DNA of 40,612 nt from Escherichia virus TH16: the sequence record MT446393.1. One strand, 5' to 3'. Position 1 is the first letter of the stretch. Every line of letters starts with the position of its first letter. The position numbers and the translations under genes are program-made. The notes below the pieces were generated by a model. It was given only the letters and a program-made list of their open reading frames with translations. It had not been told where the DNA came from and ran no database searches. Below, piece by piece: positions 7,196 to 17,007 of this stretch.

Positions 7196-8962
7196 CTAGT
7201 GGAGCGTAACGTATGACCCTAGTCCAAGCTCGTCGTCCGTATCGTTAGTTACCCGGACCCCATTGTCCCAGAACTCAGTGTGGATGGACTCGAAGCCTTT
7301 CCGTGGGTTCTCCATCTGTTCCTCCAGCCACTCCTCAGTGACTTCACGTTCGCCTTTGTTGGCATCCTTCGCCATAGACTCAACGAAGAACTGTACACCG
7401 ATAGCCAGCGCATCAAGTCGGTCATCGTGTGCCAAGGCTCCACGCTCACGAGAGATACGGGTCATCTGGTAGAAGAGAGAGTAGATAGGGTTACGAACAC
7501 CGTCCTTATCAGAGGCCGACTGGTAGTCTTGGACGATAGCAGCAGCGTTAACGATAAGTCGGTGAGACCCCATGATAGGCTCCAGAACGTCACAGATGCG
7601 GAGTTCTTTCTGACCCTTACTCTTCACTTCAGTTACAGCAGCAGGATGGATACGGGCCGCTACAGGCTTGAATAACTCAAGGTACATACCATCACCGAAG
7701 TTACCCTCAATGACGTATTCGTTTACCTTCCACTTACGACCAATCTTAGCCAAGGCTTCTAGCGTAGAGTCCTCATAACCACCACGCATACCTCCAACTT
7801 CCATAGCGAAGATGTAGCCGTTGAGCTGATACAGTACCGCATAGCCAGTTTCATCCTTACCACGACCACTAGGGTCAATGACCAGAATCTTCTGGGTGTA
7901 CGAACTGAAGGCAGAACCTACAGTCTGATACGTGTGGTATGAGTCACCCATGAGTCCAACGTTAGGAACGTCCTCACGCTTGTTCTGAGGGTTTGGCAAC
8001 CATTGGTAGACCATTGGGCTGGACGCTGGGTCCAAGTCCGCTACGATAAGGTCACGGAGCTTCAGAGGGTACTTCTCAGCATCACTCAGGTTCGGGTTAA
8101 GCATGAACTGCAGAGCGAAGCCAGCTTTACCATAGGACAGCTCACGTTCCTTCAGGTCCGTATCATCGAATCGTACCTCATCGGTCGGACGCCAGTAGAA
8201 GGGCTCAGGGTCCTCTTCAAGCTCTGCCTGAAGCATCGGTGCCAGACGGTCGCCGTAAGACTGCCAGTCCTTCCTGTCGCGTGGATAACGAGCCGGCCAG
8301 ATAGTAGTGGTATATCCACGGCCTTCAAGCTCACGATACAGGGTCATCTCGTTCTGAGGAGTACCCAGATAGATGATTGTGCCTCCAGGCTTCAGGATAG
8401 CGTCGAACTCTTTAACAAGCTCTGACAGACGGTCTCGTGCAGCCTGAGTCGCTGAGTTGTTAGGAACCTCCACGTCATCTGCAATCAGGATGTCAGCACG
8501 ACTACCAGTCAACTGACCAGTGATACCAACGGACTTAACCGAAGGTGAGTGGTCTGGCTTGGCTGGCCCAACGTCGAAGCTGATAACCGCATCTCGCTGT
8601 CTCTGCTTAGGTTTGAGTTCCTGAAGCTGAGGCATGAGGTCGATGATTCGCTTGATGAAGATGGAGTTAGCATCTGCTCGTTCCTTTGAGGCCGACACAA
8701 TCATGAACTTCAAGTCTGGGTTGTTCCATAGTTTCCAGACCACGAAACCACAGGTCAGAAACGACTTGCCAATACCACGGAACGCCTGAAGGATGAAGCG
8801 GCGATTATCCCCAGCAGCCAGCTTCTTACACATATCTATCTGGCAGCGGGTTGGAACCGGAAGGCTAAGAGCTTTCCAGAGAACGAAGATGAAGAACACG
8901 AAGTCGTCCCTCATCCTTTGGGTCATTTCTGCCTGTCTTTCAGCGGGTGTTTTCTTAGACAT
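7196..8962 (-). CDS. gp19: Terminase large subunit / DNA maturase B (588 aa)
   Basis: Length and sequence similar to T7 gp19; ATG start and TAG stop checked. Confidence 0.95.
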   Translation of the reverse strand: MSKKTPAERQAEMTQRMRDDFVFFIFVLWKALSLPVPTRCQIDMCKKLAAGDNRRFILQAFRGIGKSFLTCGFVVWKLWNNPDLKFMIVSASKERADANSIFIKRIIDLMPQLQELKPKQRQRDAVISFDVGPAKPDHSPSVKSVGITGQLTGSRADILIADDVEVPNNSATQAARDRLSELVKEFDAILKPGGTIIYLGTPQNEMTLYRELEGRGYTTTIWPARYPRDRKDWQSYGDRLAPMLQAELEEDPEPFYWRPTDEVRFDDTDLKERELSYGKAGFALQFMLNPNLSDAEKYPLKLRDLIVADLDPASSPMVYQWLPNPQNKREDVPNVGLMGDSYHTYQTVGSAFSSYTQKILVIDPSGRGKDETGYAVLYQLNGYIFAMEVGGMRGGYEDSTLEALAKIGRKWKVNEYVIEGNFGDGMYLELFKPVAARIHPAAVTEVKSKGQKELRICDVLEPIMGSHRLIVNAAAIVQDYQSASDKDGVRNPIYSLFYQMTRISRERGALAHDDRLDALAIGVQFFVESMAKDANKGEREVTEEWLEEQMENPRKGFESIHTEFWDNGVRVTNDTDDELGLGSYVTLH

Positions 8963-9392
8963 ATAGTCCCTCCAACATTAGGTCCCGGACAGCGATAGCC
9001 TCCTCTAAAGTGGGACGTGTTGTGCGCATATAGGCATTCCCGCGTTTAACCTGAATCCTATAACCATTCTGGTGATGGGTAACGCACTTCACTCCCGTCT
9101 TAGAGTCATAATGGCTACCAGTGTTCCAAGTGTTCTCAGCAGCAGTAACGAGCCGTAAGTTACTTAAGGTGTTATTGCTAGGGTTCCTGTCGATGTGGTC
9201 TATTTGCATACCATGTGGTATAGGACCATTGGTTAGTTCCCATATCACACGATGCGCCCGCTTACTGCCTAGACTTCGTGTCTGTACTATCCAATATCCC
9301 ATCAGACTTAATGTCCCCACAGGCTTTCCAGTCCTAACGGAGCCCAGACCGGATGGACTAGCCGGGTCCACTTTGTAGTAATCACTTAACAC
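8955..9392 (-). CDS. HNH homing endonuclease with a C-terminal AP2-like domain (145 aa)
   Basis: HRVIWEL...[20 protein letters not shown]...EN HNH motif; GTG start with AAGGAGG RBS; paralog of 38895..39377. Confidence 0.8.
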   Translation of the reverse strand: MLSDYYKVDPASPSGLGSVRTGKPVGTLSLMGYWIVQTRSLGSKRAHRVIWELTNGPIPHGMQIDHIDRNPSNNTLSNLRLVTAAENTWNTGSHYDSKTGVKCVTHHQNGYRIQVKRGNAYMRTTRPTLEEAIAVRDLMLEGLYV

Positions 9393-9819
9393 CTTGGAGC
9401 CTCCTTATTGTGTCCTGAAGCGCCTTCTCCTTAAGGTCTGCCTCCTGAGTTATTCGGATAATACTTTTAGAAGTTTCTGGGTGTAGTTCGACTCTACCAT
9501 TAGGGAAGCATCTACTGACATCTGACTCGATGAGACCTGAGGTGTTGACTCGGACGCGCAGCCGCTTGTTATCGCGGTTAAGGTCAGCAATAATCCTATC
9601 AGTAGAGCCTTCCAGCGCGGACATCTTGTCTTGCCACTCGGCTGACACTTTGTCGAGTTCACCTTGGACAGCAGCCCGTTGATTCTCTCGTGCCTCAAGT
9701 TTCGTGATGTACTCATTGTTTACCTTCGCCTCCCACTTATTGTCTGCCACCCAGTAGCCTGAACAGAACAGGAGTCCTGCCACCAGCCAAGGTACGCATC
9801 TACGTAAAAGTTCGAGCAT
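9382..9819 (-). CDS. gp18.5: Rz-like i-spanin (145 aa)
   Basis: N-terminal transmembrane segment then a charged coiled-coil-like region; position after the small terminase. Confidence 0.7.
   Translation of the reverse strand: MLELLRRCVPWLVAGLLFCSGYWVADNKWEAKVNNEYITKLEARENQRAAVQGELDKVSAEWQDKMSALEGSTDRIIADLNRDNKRLRVRVNTSGLIESDVSRCFPNGRVELHPETSKSIIRITQEADLKEKALQDTIRRLQGVK
9450..9716 (-). CDS. gp18.7: Candidate Rz1-like o-spanin embedded in the +1 frame of Rz
   Basis: Embedded ORF with hydrophobic stretch then ...AITSGC lipobox-like cysteine; start uncertain because the n-region from the first ATG is unusually long. Confidence 0.35.
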   Translation of the reverse strand: MSTSRNLRHERINGLLSKVNSTKCQPSGKTRCPRWKALLIGLLLTLTAITSGCASESTPQVSSSQMSVDASLMVESNYTQKLLKVLSE

Positions 9820-9878
9820 AGTTGCCCTCCTCGTTTCTCAGAACCCACGTAGCGTCTCCGCCCGTAGTGTGTGTTAAC

Positions 9879-9926
9879 CATAAAGGCCACTACATATAGT
9901 AATGACCTTGAGTCTAACACTTAAGA
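9879..9926 (-). promoter_or_regulatory. Conserved hairpin element, candidate RNase III site (R18.5-like position)
   Basis: ATAAAGGCCAC...AATGACCTTGAGTCTA block shared with 33349..33398. Confidence 0.35.
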
Positions 9927-9929
9927 GAT

Positions 9930-10193
9930 TTATTGCACTCCATATCCAGTGTCATTATCTTCCGTAGCGGAGAGCACCTTATCGTACTCTGCGTTCAGTG
10001 CCTCCATATCAGCGAGCGTCTTCTCGTCAACAGACACCTTGCTTAGCACGAAGTTGTGACGAGCCAGTAGCTTCTCAATGGCGTTGTAAAGCTGAGGTGA
10101 ACGCTTAGTGTCATCCCGCAGGTCTTGCAGCATGAGTCGAGCACGTTCAGTATCTAGCATTAAGAGGAACTTCTCTAAGTCCATCTGCGTCAT
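9930..10193 (-). CDS. gp18: Terminase small subunit / DNA packaging protein A (87 aa)
   Basis: Similarity to T7 gp18 (LMLDTERARLMLQDL...SPQLYNAIEKLL). Confidence 0.8.
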   Translation of the reverse strand: MTQMDLEKFLLMLDTERARLMLQDLRDDTKRSPQLYNAIEKLLARHNFVLSKVSVDEKTLADMEALNAEYDKVLSATEDNDTGYGVQ

Positions 10194-10384
10194 GTTTTAC
10201 CACCTCCTTTAATCGTTTTGTAGACTAGCACACCAATCTGGGCAACGGTGTACGCGATAGCTGCAACGTAGAACCATTCGTTCAGTGTAAGTCCGAAGAA
10301 GAACCTACTGGCACCATCAGCCGCAGCGGTCCCGACGATAGGAGAGGCTTTAAGGACCTCATTCTTGAAGTCTAACTCAATCAT
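10190..10384 (-). CDS. gp17.5: Holin (64 aa)
   Basis: Similarity to T7 gp17.5 (FFFGLTLNEWFYVAAIAYTV). Confidence 0.85.
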   Translation of the reverse strand: MIELDFKNEVLKASPIVGTAAADGASRFFFGLTLNEWFYVAAIAYTVAQIGVLVYKTIKGGGKT

Positions 10385-10489
10385 AAAACCTCCAGTTTAA
10401 AGCGGGTCGTCCGTGACCCAAAGTTGTTACCATACGTTGGTCAGCGTGTAGATAGAGTAAAGAGATGGGAACCATCAGAGCCATTGATA

Positions 10490-13051
10490 TTAAATGGTTT
10501 TTACTTCCCATCGACGGTCATAATAGTGGCTGAATCCACAATACGTTAAAGTCATATGGACAACCGCCATTGACATAGAAGCAGTCGCGGTATCAACACG
10601 AATAAACGTTTTACCGCCCGCCACCATTTTACTTACGGTAATCCCATCAAGAGATTTATCCCCGGCATCCTTATTCGACCATAGAACACCAGAGGCTACG
10701 TTTGCTTCTGTTGACCCAGAAATACTAAACAATAACCGACCTCCTGCTTCGGTGCCCCTCAGCCCATTCTTATTTACGGGTATGATAGACATCTCCCCCG
10801 CCAGAAAGCACCCACCTTCAAATCTGCTTTCTTCTCCAACAGCGGTAAGAAGGATATCTACACAACGGTTCCACGGTAGGATGAACGACGCTGTCTCAGT
10901 TCGTACTTGTCTGAAATACGCTTCGCTGTTAACCGCTGCGGATGACATAAGCACCCCGTTATATGAATTTGCACCTTCAAGTGGCGCAGACCCGTAAACC
11001 CTGCCTCCGACGGATGAGCTTTTTACAAGTGTGTTAGAGTAGACAGCAGTGCCATCGGTGAGTTTGATGAATCTGAACATTTCGCCAAAATAGAACGAGT
11101 TACCGTATGCACCAACGTTAAGGCCGTCCACCTTATTTATCAATTGGATAGTATAATCGGATTTTACATACCCGGAATCCAATACAATACTACCTTTAGG
11201 CATGCGTGATTCATTCTTCGGCGGGGTTATAAATCTCAATACCCCAGTATTCATAGACGACTGAATCCAACACGACACGTTGCGAAACACGACTTTATAG
11301 GTATCGTCAGTTCCTTCGTATGCGGAAAAGTCTAACGCATCGACGCCGTTTATACCCTCTATCCCTAAACCATCGATCTCCAAGCTGCGGATATTACCCA
11401 TAAAAGAGTGAGGCTTGATACACCCGTCAGCAGCGATATTCGTCGATTTTATGTACACAATGGGTGCGCCTGATGCGGGCACTTCAGGGGCATATGTAGT
11501 ACGGTTAATCGCTGCGCCCCATAAATAGCCGTAGTCGCAGTGGTGCGCCCATATCGCTCTCATATCCAGCGAGGTGGAACCGGATACCGCAAAGCCATAG
11601 GTGCAATCGTAAGCATAAAGATTGCTGACAGTGCTTACGAAAGCAGCATTAGGGAACGCGAATTTGTAGTGATAGAACTCGACGTTATTTATGTCAAACA
11701 GCTTGCCTCCACCACCGTTTGTCCCGGGATCACTTATCAGTAAAGGGCACCCGGAATACGCGCTATCTGCGTTACGAAACGCGATGTTATTTACGTGCGG
11801 ATTGTGCGCCCATAGGGTTGAAATAAACCCGCCTTTCCCTGACGTGTAAATAATGCTCTGTCGTGGTTTGACTCCTCGTAAGTCTAAACTCTTGCCAGCC
11901 CATCTGTTTAAGCTAATATCAATCTGGGTGGTACCTATGTAGATTGGCTGTTCGATTAATAAAGGAATATTGTGCGCAATACTTGCGGTATACGCAGCCA
12001 GCATCGCGGCCCCGTCGTTATGGGTTCCGGAAAGGTCGGCAGCCCCCATGCTTGGCGCTTTAGGATATGGAGTTCCCTGAATGGTGCTGCCGTCGATATA
12101 TGGAGCATCCATCCATGCGCCAAACATTTTAGGGGTAATTCCCCGAACGTTTGATAAGTCCCTTTTCCAGCGCTTACCTCCACTAGTAATTATAACAACG
12201 CCATTATCATCATTAGTTGTGGAATCTGCTAAGTCCGCATAGAACCACCCACCACCAGAATCACCAGACTCATTGGGTGTAATTGATGTTGTATGTTTTT
12301 CTACAAAAATGCGCTGGCCATCAACATCAGGTTCAATAGTTCTTAATGTTGATATATCATCGCATTTGCCGATTAACTTAAATCCATCGCTTTTATTTAA
12401 TTGACTCCTTAATGAAGCATCACCAACACTAACCCACGCACCTAGTCCAATCCCACCGGAAGTTTCAGGAGTTGAACCAGCAGGAACGTTCTTTGGAAGC
12501 GTACCATCCCAGCGGTAATAATCACCATCCTCTTCCCATAGCAGGACCTCGTTCCATGTTGTAACGTTGAAGCCTTTCTCGAAGGAGCGACGGGTAATAT
12601 AGCCAATTCGACCAGCTTCCTTGATACTCGCAGCGATTCCTCGTGCTTCGTCCTCGCTATCCTTAGCGTTGCCAGCAGAGGTACCAGCAGCATCGGCATA
12701 TTCCTTCGCTAAGTCAACCGTTTGGTCTCGACCTTCTTCTGCAATATGGATAGCCTGAAGCTCTGCATTGGTCAGGTCACTAGCTGTCAACACTGAGCCA
12801 TTCCTGAAGTCTACCACTAAGTCAGTTCCAGTCTGACGGTGAATACGAACGATGTCGAAACCTGATTGGTCAACCAACATCTCAATCATCGTTGGATTAA
12901 GGAATCGGTAATCTCGACCAACTTCCAGTACACGGTTCATGGTAGGGTTAGAGCTATTCACCAGCGTAACAACAACAAACGTTCTGGCTAGGTAGTCGAA
13001 CTCAATCCTGTACTGAGTGTTTCCTGAAGGGAATTGTGTAATAGTGGACAT
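10490..13051 (-). CDS. gp17: Tail fibre / tailspike (853 aa): T7 gp17-like N-terminal adaptor with a large unrelated C-terminal region
   Basis: N-terminal ~150 aa align with T7 gp17 ([28 protein letters not shown]); the rest is Gly/Ser/Thr-rich and not T7-like. Confidence 0.9.
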   Translation of the reverse strand: MSTITQFPSGNTQYRIEFDYLARTFVVVTLVNSSNPTMNRVLEVGRDYRFLNPTMIEMLVDQSGFDIVRIHRQTGTDLVVDFRNGSVLTASDLTNAELQAIHIAEEGRDQTVDLAKEYADAAGTSAGNAKDSEDEARGIAASIKEAGRIGYITRRSFEKGFNVTTWNEVLLWEEDGDYYRWDGTLPKNVPAGSTPETSGGIGLGAWVSVGDASLRSQLNKSDGFKLIGKCDDISTLRTIEPDVDGQRIFVEKHTTSITPNESGDSGGGWFYADLADSTTNDDNGVVIITSGGKRWKRDLSNVRGITPKMFGAWMDAPYIDGSTIQGTPYPKAPSMGAADLSGTHNDGAAMLAAYTASIAHNIPLLIEQPIYIGTTQIDISLNRWAGKSLDLRGVKPRQSIIYTSGKGGFISTLWAHNPHVNNIAFRNADSAYSGCPLLISDPGTNGGGGKLFDINNVEFYHYKFAFPNAAFVSTVSNLYAYDCTYGFAVSGSTSLDMRAIWAHHCDYGYLWGAAINRTTYAPEVPASGAPIVYIKSTNIAADGCIKPHSFMGNIRSLEIDGLGIEGINGVDALDFSAYEGTDDTYKVVFRNVSCWIQSSMNTGVLRFITPPKNESRMPKGSIVLDSGYVKSDYTIQLINKVDGLNVGAYGNSFYFGEMFRFIKLTDGTAVYSNTLVKSSSVGGRVYGSAPLEGANSYNGVLMSSAAVNSEAYFRQVRTETASFILPWNRCVDILLTAVGEESRFEGGCFLAGEMSIIPVNKNGLRGTEAGGRLLFSISGSTEANVASGVLWSNKDAGDKSLDGITVSKMVAGGKTFIRVDTATASMSMAVVHMTLTYCGFSHYYDRRWEVKTI

Positions 13052-13097
13052 TATGCCTCCTTTGTGATTTAAAGGGAGACCTATGGTAGCGCCTCCC

Positions 13098-13120
13098 GTT
13101 TCCTATAGTGATAGTTTAGT
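13098..13120 (-). promoter_or_regulatory. Phage RNAP promoter (phi17-like) overlapping the 3' end of gp16
   Basis: Minus-strand ACTAAACTATCACTATAGGAAAC. Confidence 0.7.
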
Positions 13121-16100
13121 CCTTGATGTGAATACCTTGCTCCTCAAACGTTCCAAGCAGCAACTTCTGGGTAATCGGGTCGTTCGGAACCAGTTCACGG
13201 AACGTGTTATACATCCCGGTCATGTAGTCCCGCTCATTGACACGAGTATCCGCCTTTAGGTATCCAGCCAAGTTATAAGCCGAAGCACCAACGTTAGCAG
13301 CATATCCAAAAGCTGGAACCTGCTCCAAGAAGTTACCAACGACATTCATCACAGGGTCACTTGTAGCCGCGCCATATGGGATAGCACGTTCAGGCTTCTC
13401 TGTAGGTGAACGAGGTAGGATAGACGAGCGGAGCAGCTTAGTGTCCTCATACCCAGCGATGCCACCTAGAATGTTAGCTACCCCAAGTGGGCCACCCAGA
13501 TGTGAACTACGGGACAGAGCCGCATATCCAATCATCATCGGGTCCAGAGCTTGCTTGAGGTATTCACGGTCTCTTCCATCCTGCATAGCGTAAGCCTTGA
13601 CGTGAGCCTGAGCCATGTAGTAGATACCAGCCAGACCCATAGACATCACGGTAGATAGAGCAGCATCCATCGCTCGGTTGTTCTTCGTGGAGTTATAGAA
13701 GGTACGCATGGTTCGCCCATTGATGGACTTGATGACGAAGTTCTTAAACTGAAGGACAGTCTTAGCGAGAGGACCATACGCCTTGGCGTCCATGTTTGAC
13801 AGCTTGTGGGGCCGGAGTAACGTTTCGTCAGCGATGGTGTCACCCATACGCCACAGGTCCATAGCCCTTGGGTCCTGACTGAACGCCTTCTTGTCCTTGA
13901 TGGTATACTTCCCGTCTGGACCACGAGTCACTGACTCACGGATTAATGACTTAATGCCCTTCCACTGCTCATCAGATATACCAGCGGTCTTCAGCCAGCG
14001 GTCATCGAACTTACGCTTACTACCAGTAAGGCTATGCTCAACGATGTCAGACAGGAAGCCTTGACGTCCAGCATCTAACAGGTAGTTGGTCGTACCATTG
14101 AGGACTTTAGTGAACGGAGAGCGTACTGCAAGTTCACCAGTGTAATACTTGGCAGTCCCCAGAGCTGTAGCTGCCCCGCGACCTAAGTCGCTATAGGAGC
14201 GCAGACGGTCAATGACGTCCTGTTTAGACGGGCGGATTGAGTCATCAAGTTCCTTACCGAAGAGAACATTGTGAAGGTCCTTAATCTCTGAGGCTCCTAC
14301 CTTCTTGTTACGGAAGGCTAGGTCACGGAACATCGGGACTCCATGAAGCAGTGCACGAACGTTACCACGAGCCAGCATACCGCCAATCTCCGTTAAGTTC
14401 TGAACACCCATGTAGGCATTCTTAGCGAAGAACGATAGGTCTGTCATTGTGCGCATCACGGTAGCGAAGGCCGCATCATCAGCACCATCACGTCGAGCAC
14501 GACCAGTTAGAATCTTCAAAGTGTCACGTAAGGTAGATACTTCACCTTTCAACTTACCGTCGTCCCCAGCCTTGTTCATCATGGTCTCAACCAAGTCCTT
14601 CATGTCCTTCGTGGTTTTGCCTGTACCAGCCATGATAGCAATGTCACCATTAACTCGACGGTTGTATGCCGGGACAATCTTGTCCATGTCCCACTCACGC
14701 AGGTTGTTGACACTGAAGGTCTGCCCATTAGGTAGGACGATTGACATATCGCTATCGAACAGGTTACGAGCCTCAAGGAAGCTGTTGTTCTCCAGACCAA
14801 CCAGACCGTTGATGTTCTCTTCCATTACGGATGAACGTTCGAACTGCTCGGTGTGGGAGATACCGTAAGCCTTATCGTTGGCGTACTTATCGACCGCAGC
14901 CGCAAGCCCCTCTGGAGTCAGCGTAGGGTCAGCCTCTAAGAGTGCCTCGTCCACGCGTTTCTTTACTTCAGGTCGAGACGCATAGCTGGTCAACCATGAC
15001 TTTTTGATGGCCTCCTGCAACGCCTCTGGACTCCCAAGCTCCTTGATGTACAGCTCCTTCATCTGTTTGCTATACACATGAGGGACGTAGGTTCCCTTGA
15101 AGCGGCTACCCGGAAAGATAGACTGAGCGTCTGGGCGACCAAACATAGACGGGTTCTCCATCATCTCACGCTTGGCGTCAAACTGGTTCTTCAGCAGGTC
15201 ATAGACTTTCAGTTCTCCCGGAGTCAGTTCAGCCTTCAGGTTTCCGCTACCATCTTCGATAGCCATAGACACACGCTGGTAGATGTCCTGACGGAATGCG
15301 CCGGAGTCTCGCCAGAATGCTGTCTGGAAGTACGGGTCCTTGAGCGCCTCAGTAACCGCATCGTCGATGTCGTTGTAGAACCGATGGTCCACAGCACGAA
15401 GTCTCTCGAATACGTCTGACGCAGTGGTCCCGATTTTACCTGAGGCACCGGACTGCATACCAGTCGGTGAACGCACTAAGTCAGCAGCGACTCCACGAAT
15501 CTCAGGGTTCTCGGACCGAAGCAGCTTCAGGCCAATCTCAGTCAGCCCACCAAGGTTCACACCAGCAGCCGCACGTTCAGGCTCAATCACTTCGTCAAAG
15601 ACTTGACGTGTCTTAGGGTTCAGAGGGTTCTCACCAATCAGGATTGAACCATCTTCCAGTCGTACACTACCCGGCTCGTTCGGAACGTCTGCGAACTTAA
15701 CACCTTGATGACTGAAGGTCTGCTCACCTTCCTGAATAGGGAGACGAGACAGGTCCTGACCATCAACGTTACGAGCGGTCTCGCGAGCTTCCAGACGTGT
15801 AGCTGGACCAGCAAACTCATTAGTGTTGCGACCTAAGGCTCTGCCTAATCCATCAGAGATAGCAGTCATACCACCACCGAAGAGAGCACCACCAAGGATA
15901 GCTTCAGCCACATGAGCATCACCACCAGCCACTGAGGTACGGGCCATCTCGGACACACCAGCCAGTGCTCCAGATTGAGAAGCCACGGTGAACATCTTGT
16001 TGACCAGCTTACCACCTTTACCCACCTGTCCAGCGATAGGAACGTAGGTTAGAGGATCCACACCAGCACCAATCACACCAGCGGCTAACTGAGCACCAGT

Positions 16101-17003
16101 CCCAGCCTTGGCCTTCTCTTGGTCCAACTTCTGGTTCTCAAGCGCCAAGTTAATAAGCTCGGTCAGGTTCTGAGGAGAGCCACCAGTAATGACTCCGTAA
16201 TACTGAGGCAGAACCCCAGCGTTACGAATCTGGTCCAGCTCCTCACGCGACCACTTATGGTTGTTCCAGCGGGTCGGGTTGAACACATCGCCAATGACAT
16301 CAAGTGAGTCCTCGGTCTGACCAGCGCGGATAGCCACGCCGACCATAGAGTTCTTCACTTCAGCTTCTGTAGCCGCACCGAAACCGAACCACGTAGAGCG
16401 GTCCTCTCGTTCCTGCATGGTCTCCCCAGTAGCTTTATAGAACATCTCACCGAACGATTCGTTGGGAGCTTCAGGTGCTTGACCCTCAATGTTTAGACCA
16501 GCAGCGGTCGGAAGGTTATCGCCAAGAGCTACTTTAGGTTTAGCCTTGAGTCCTTCCGTGAGTGCGTCAAATACGTTAGCGCTTACTGGTGGAGTCTTTG
16601 GGCTGATACCGTTTAGTGCTCTTGCGACTCCCTGTTGGTAGACTTCAGGGTCGTACCGGGATCCTGTCTCATGGAAGCTGATAGCTTGAGCCAGAGAAGA
16701 CAGGGTGTCAGGGTCCGATAGGTCTAGACTCTGGGTAGCTGGAATACCAGTTGCAGCCACCACTGAGTCAATATAAGCCTTAGTGTCGTTCTCGTTAGGA
16801 GGCGCCCATCGGTTGATAATCTTCTCGATGGAGTCATAACCTTGGCGACCGTAGGACAGCAGGTTTTTACCTAAAGCTCGGACGCCAGACTCTGGACTAT
16901 CGAAGGTGACGAATGCGCCATCATCTCCAGTCATTCCTTCCCATTGGTCCTTACTTACCCGGATGTTACCCGGATTGTTATTGCGAATACCACGAGTCGC
17001 CAT
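13116..17003 (-). CDS. gp16: Internal virion (core/ejection) protein D (about 1295 aa from the ATG)
   Basis: Long central and C-terminal similarity to T7 gp16 (LVRSPTGMQSGASGK, NYLLDA, AYGISH); track ORF begins with TTG at 17021, ATG at 17003 has AAGGAG RBS. Confidence 0.9.
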   Translation of the reverse strand: MATRGIRNNNPGNIRVSKDQWEGMTGDDGAFVTFDSPESGVRALGKNLLSYGRQGYDSIEKIINRWAPPNENDTKAYIDSVVAATGIPATQSLDLSDPDTLSSLAQAISFHETGSRYDPEVYQQGVARALNGISPKTPPVSANVFDALTEGLKAKPKVALGDNLPTAAGLNIEGQAPEAPNESFGEMFYKATGETMQEREDRSTWFGFGAATEAEVKNSMVGVAIRAGQTEDSLDVIGDVFNPTRWNNHKWSREELDQIRNAGVLPQYYGVITGGSPQNLTELINLALENQKLDQEKAKAGTGAQLAAGVIGAGVDPLTYVPIAGQVGKGGKLVNKMFTVASQSGALAGVSEMARTSVAGGDAHVAEAILGGALFGGGMTAISDGLGRALGRNTNEFAGPATRLEARETARNVDGQDLSRLPIQEGEQTFSHQGVKFADVPNEPGSVRLEDGSILIGENPLNPKTRQVFDEVIEPERAAAGVNLGGLTEIGLKLLRSENPEIRGVAADLVRSPTGMQSGASGKIGTTASDVFERLRAVDHRFYNDIDDAVTEALKDPYFQTAFWRDSGAFRQDIYQRVSMAIEDGSGNLKAELTPGELKVYDLLKNQFDAKREMMENPSMFGRPDAQSIFPGSRFKGTYVPHVYSKQMKELYIKELGSPEALQEAIKKSWLTSYASRPEVKKRVDEALLEADPTLTPEGLAAAVDKYANDKAYGISHTEQFERSSVMEENINGLVGLENNSFLEARNLFDSDMSIVLPNGQTFSVNNLREWDMDKIVPAYNRRVNGDIAIMAGTGKTTKDMKDLVETMMNKAGDDGKLKGEVSTLRDTLKILTGRARRDGADDAAFATVMRTMTDLSFFAKNAYMGVQNLTEIGGMLARGNVRALLHGVPMFRDLAFRNKKVGASEIKDLHNVLFGKELDDSIRPSKQDVIDRLRSYSDLGRGAATALGTAKYYTGELAVRSPFTKVLNGTTNYLLDAGRQGFLSDIVEHSLTGSKRKFDDRWLKTAGISDEQWKGIKSLIRESVTRGPDGKYTIKDKKAFSQDPRAMDLWRMGDTIADETLLRPHKLSNMDAKAYGPLAKTVLQFKNFVIKSINGRTMRTFYNSTKNNRAMDAALSTVMSMGLAGIYYMAQAHVKAYAMQDGRDREYLKQALDPMMIGYAALSRSSHLGGPLGVANILGGIAGYEDTKLLRSSILPRSPTEKPERAIPYGAATSDPVMNVVGNFLEQVPAFGYAANVGASAYNLAGYLKADTRVNERDYMTGMYNTFRELVPNDPITQKLLLGTFEEQGIHIKD

Positions 17004-17007
17004 TATG

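Noticed and set aside
9720-9920. Minus-strand ORF of 66 aa upstream of Rz
   Set aside because: It starts inside the conserved hairpin element and runs through the strong Rz RBS with no RBS of its own. It is more likely untranslated leader.
10385-10489. GGGTC-N6-GACCC hairpin between the tail fibre and holin genes as a terminator
   Set aside because: Short stem without a convincing U-tract on the transcribed strand. Possibly a minor structure, but not supportable as a terminator.
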